Source: a virus (taxonomy: Duplodnaviria; Caudoviricetes). Taken from it: a stretch of DNA of 45,321 bases. Within the stretch, counting starts at the first letter, position 1. Each line of letters opens with the position of its first letter. A program made the position numbers and the translations under genes. Under the pieces are notes generated by a model. The model worked only from the letters and a program-made list of their open reading frames with translations, searched no databases and was not told the DNA's origin. Below, one piece after another: positions 44,276-45,321 of the stretch. The stretch lies in IMG/VR virus record IMGVR_UViG_3300025103_000041, positions 1-45,321 of that record. One strand, 5' to 3'.

Positions 44276-45201
44276 TGGCTGTAAAACCTATTACAAATAA
44301 ACACATAACAAACACATCACAAGTTGATAGGTCCACTCAAAAATCATTTAAGGGTGATACAGCTAAAGGTAATCGTTCTCGTTCAGTAAATCCAGGAAAA
44401 GATTATACTAAAAATTACGCCATTACATTAAAAGATATTGATACATCTGTTATGAATCACATAAAGAATATAATGAAACCTACTGTTAGAGAAGCTAACG
44501 AAATGATTAAAGTTCCTGTATTATATGCGAATGAAGAAAGATGGAAATCAGTTAGAAAGAACGGTGTATTGAGAGATAAGAATGGTTCAGTTATGTTACC
44601 ATTAATCATAATGAGAAGAACTGATCTTTCTATGAACCCTGATATGCCTCTTTCATTTGATAATGATGTTCAAGGTAAGTTTATTAAAGTAGCGAGAAAC
44701 AATAAATGGTCAAAAGATAATCAATATGATAGATTTACAGTACAAACAGGTAAAAAACCAGTTCAAGAAATACTTTATACAGGAATGCCAGACTTTGTAG
44801 TATGTAATTATTCTATAATGATGTTTACAAATTATATGGAACAAATGAATTTACTTAATAACTTATGGATTGAACATTTAGAAACATATTTCGGTGATTC
44901 AGAGGATTATAAATTTTTATCATCATTAGATGGTAGTATAAGTGATTCATCAGAAATGTCAGCTGACGGTGAGAGATTAATAAAGAATGAATTTAGTCTT
45001 TCAATTAAAGGATATATGATTCCAGAGTTTACTGATAATATATTTGGAAAAACATCTGAAATGACCAAAGAATTGACACCATCAAAAATAGTATTTGGAT
45101 TTGAAGGTGATGCAACAGATAAACAAGTTGGGGGAACATCGGGTGGTACTGGTGGTGGTGATGGTAATGGAGACCCCGCCCCACCAAATAATCCAAAATA
45201 A
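44275..45201 (+). CDS. Tail completion/sheath terminator protein (gp15-like)
   Basis: IKVPVLYANEERW, LPLIIMRRT, PDFVVCNYSIMMFTNYMEQMN, GYMIP; neck-module position. Confidence 0.65.
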   Translation: MAVKPITNKHITNTSQVDRSTQKSFKGDTAKGNRSRSVNPGKDYTKNYAITLKDIDTSVMNHIKNIMKPTVREANEMIKVPVLYANEERWKSVRKNGVLRDKNGSVMLPLIIMRRTDLSMNPDMPLSFDNDVQGKFIKVARNNKWSKDNQYDRFTVQTGKKPVQEILYTGMPDFVVCNYSIMMFTNYMEQMNLLNNLWIEHLETYFGDSEDYKFLSSLDGSISDSSEMSADGERLIKNEFSLSIKGYMIPEFTDNIFGKTSEMTKELTPSKIVFGFEGDATDKQVGGTSGGTGGGDGNGDPAPPNNPK

Positions 45202-45227
45202 ATCACTTTTTAGAAAAGTTTATATAT

Positions 45228-45237
45228 ATATTTATAT
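45228..45237 (+). promoter_or_regulatory. Putative late promoter box ATATTTATAT
   Basis: Exact intergenic copy. Confidence 0.65.
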
Positions 45238-45268
45238 ACAACATTAACAATAAAATAGAGGTTACACA

Positions 45269-45321
45269 ATGGCAGAAGAAACAAAATTTACAGACGAAGA
45301 AATTAAACAGATTAAAGATAT
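45269..45321 (+). CDS. Start of a hypothetical protein (runs off the window)
   Basis: GAGG RBS; MAEETKFTDEELKQIKD. Confidence 0.55.
   Translation, partial: MAEETKFTDEEIKQIKD

Noticed and set aside
665-45206. Minus-strand and nested alternative-frame ORFs in the ORF track
   Set aside because: All are short shadows of well-supported + strand genes, without RBS or recognisable motifs
1-45321. tRNA (including a UCA suppressor), rRNA or release-factor genes
   Set aside because: Intergenic gaps are short and AT-rich and no cloverleaf was recognised; any recoding machinery must lie outside this window or in the host

Overview
AT-rich fragment of a large T4-like (myovirus-type) phage genome. All credible genes are on the + strand. 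Gene order: baseplate/tail-type structural genes; RuvC-like resolvase, primase and a fractured SbcD-SbcC (Mre11/Rad50) locus; glycine-repeat tail fibre; methyltransferase; P-loop kinase; a 1337-aa nucleotidyltransferase/ligase-like polyprotein; a putative lysis cluster; terminase, portal and prohead protease; about 10 kb of small modular proteins; actin-like ATPase; ribosomal protein bS21; scaffold, major capsid, neck and tail-completion genes. Notable observations: (1) TGA appears to be read as sense (probably Trp) in three late genes. Nine in-frame TGAs join four ORF-track fragments into one >1300-codon gene and reveal a hidden holin-like gene. (2) An HNH endonuclease is inserted in frame in the polyprotein, with no intein or intron, between duplicated LLxE|GGA motifs that resemble prohead-protease cleavage sites. 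(3) More than a dozen mostly unrelated proteins share capsid-targeting-like leaders (MKLTKxxLKExIREE..E or KLKDLLxE), and one polyprotein has ~67-aa modules separated by an identical 13-nt repeat encoding EGKL(T/K)E. (4) sbcD is split by an endonuclease remnant, and the halves carry complementary acidic and basic tails. (5) Eight intergenic ATATTTATAT late-promoter-like boxes. All product calls come from motif recognition by eye; no database searches were run.
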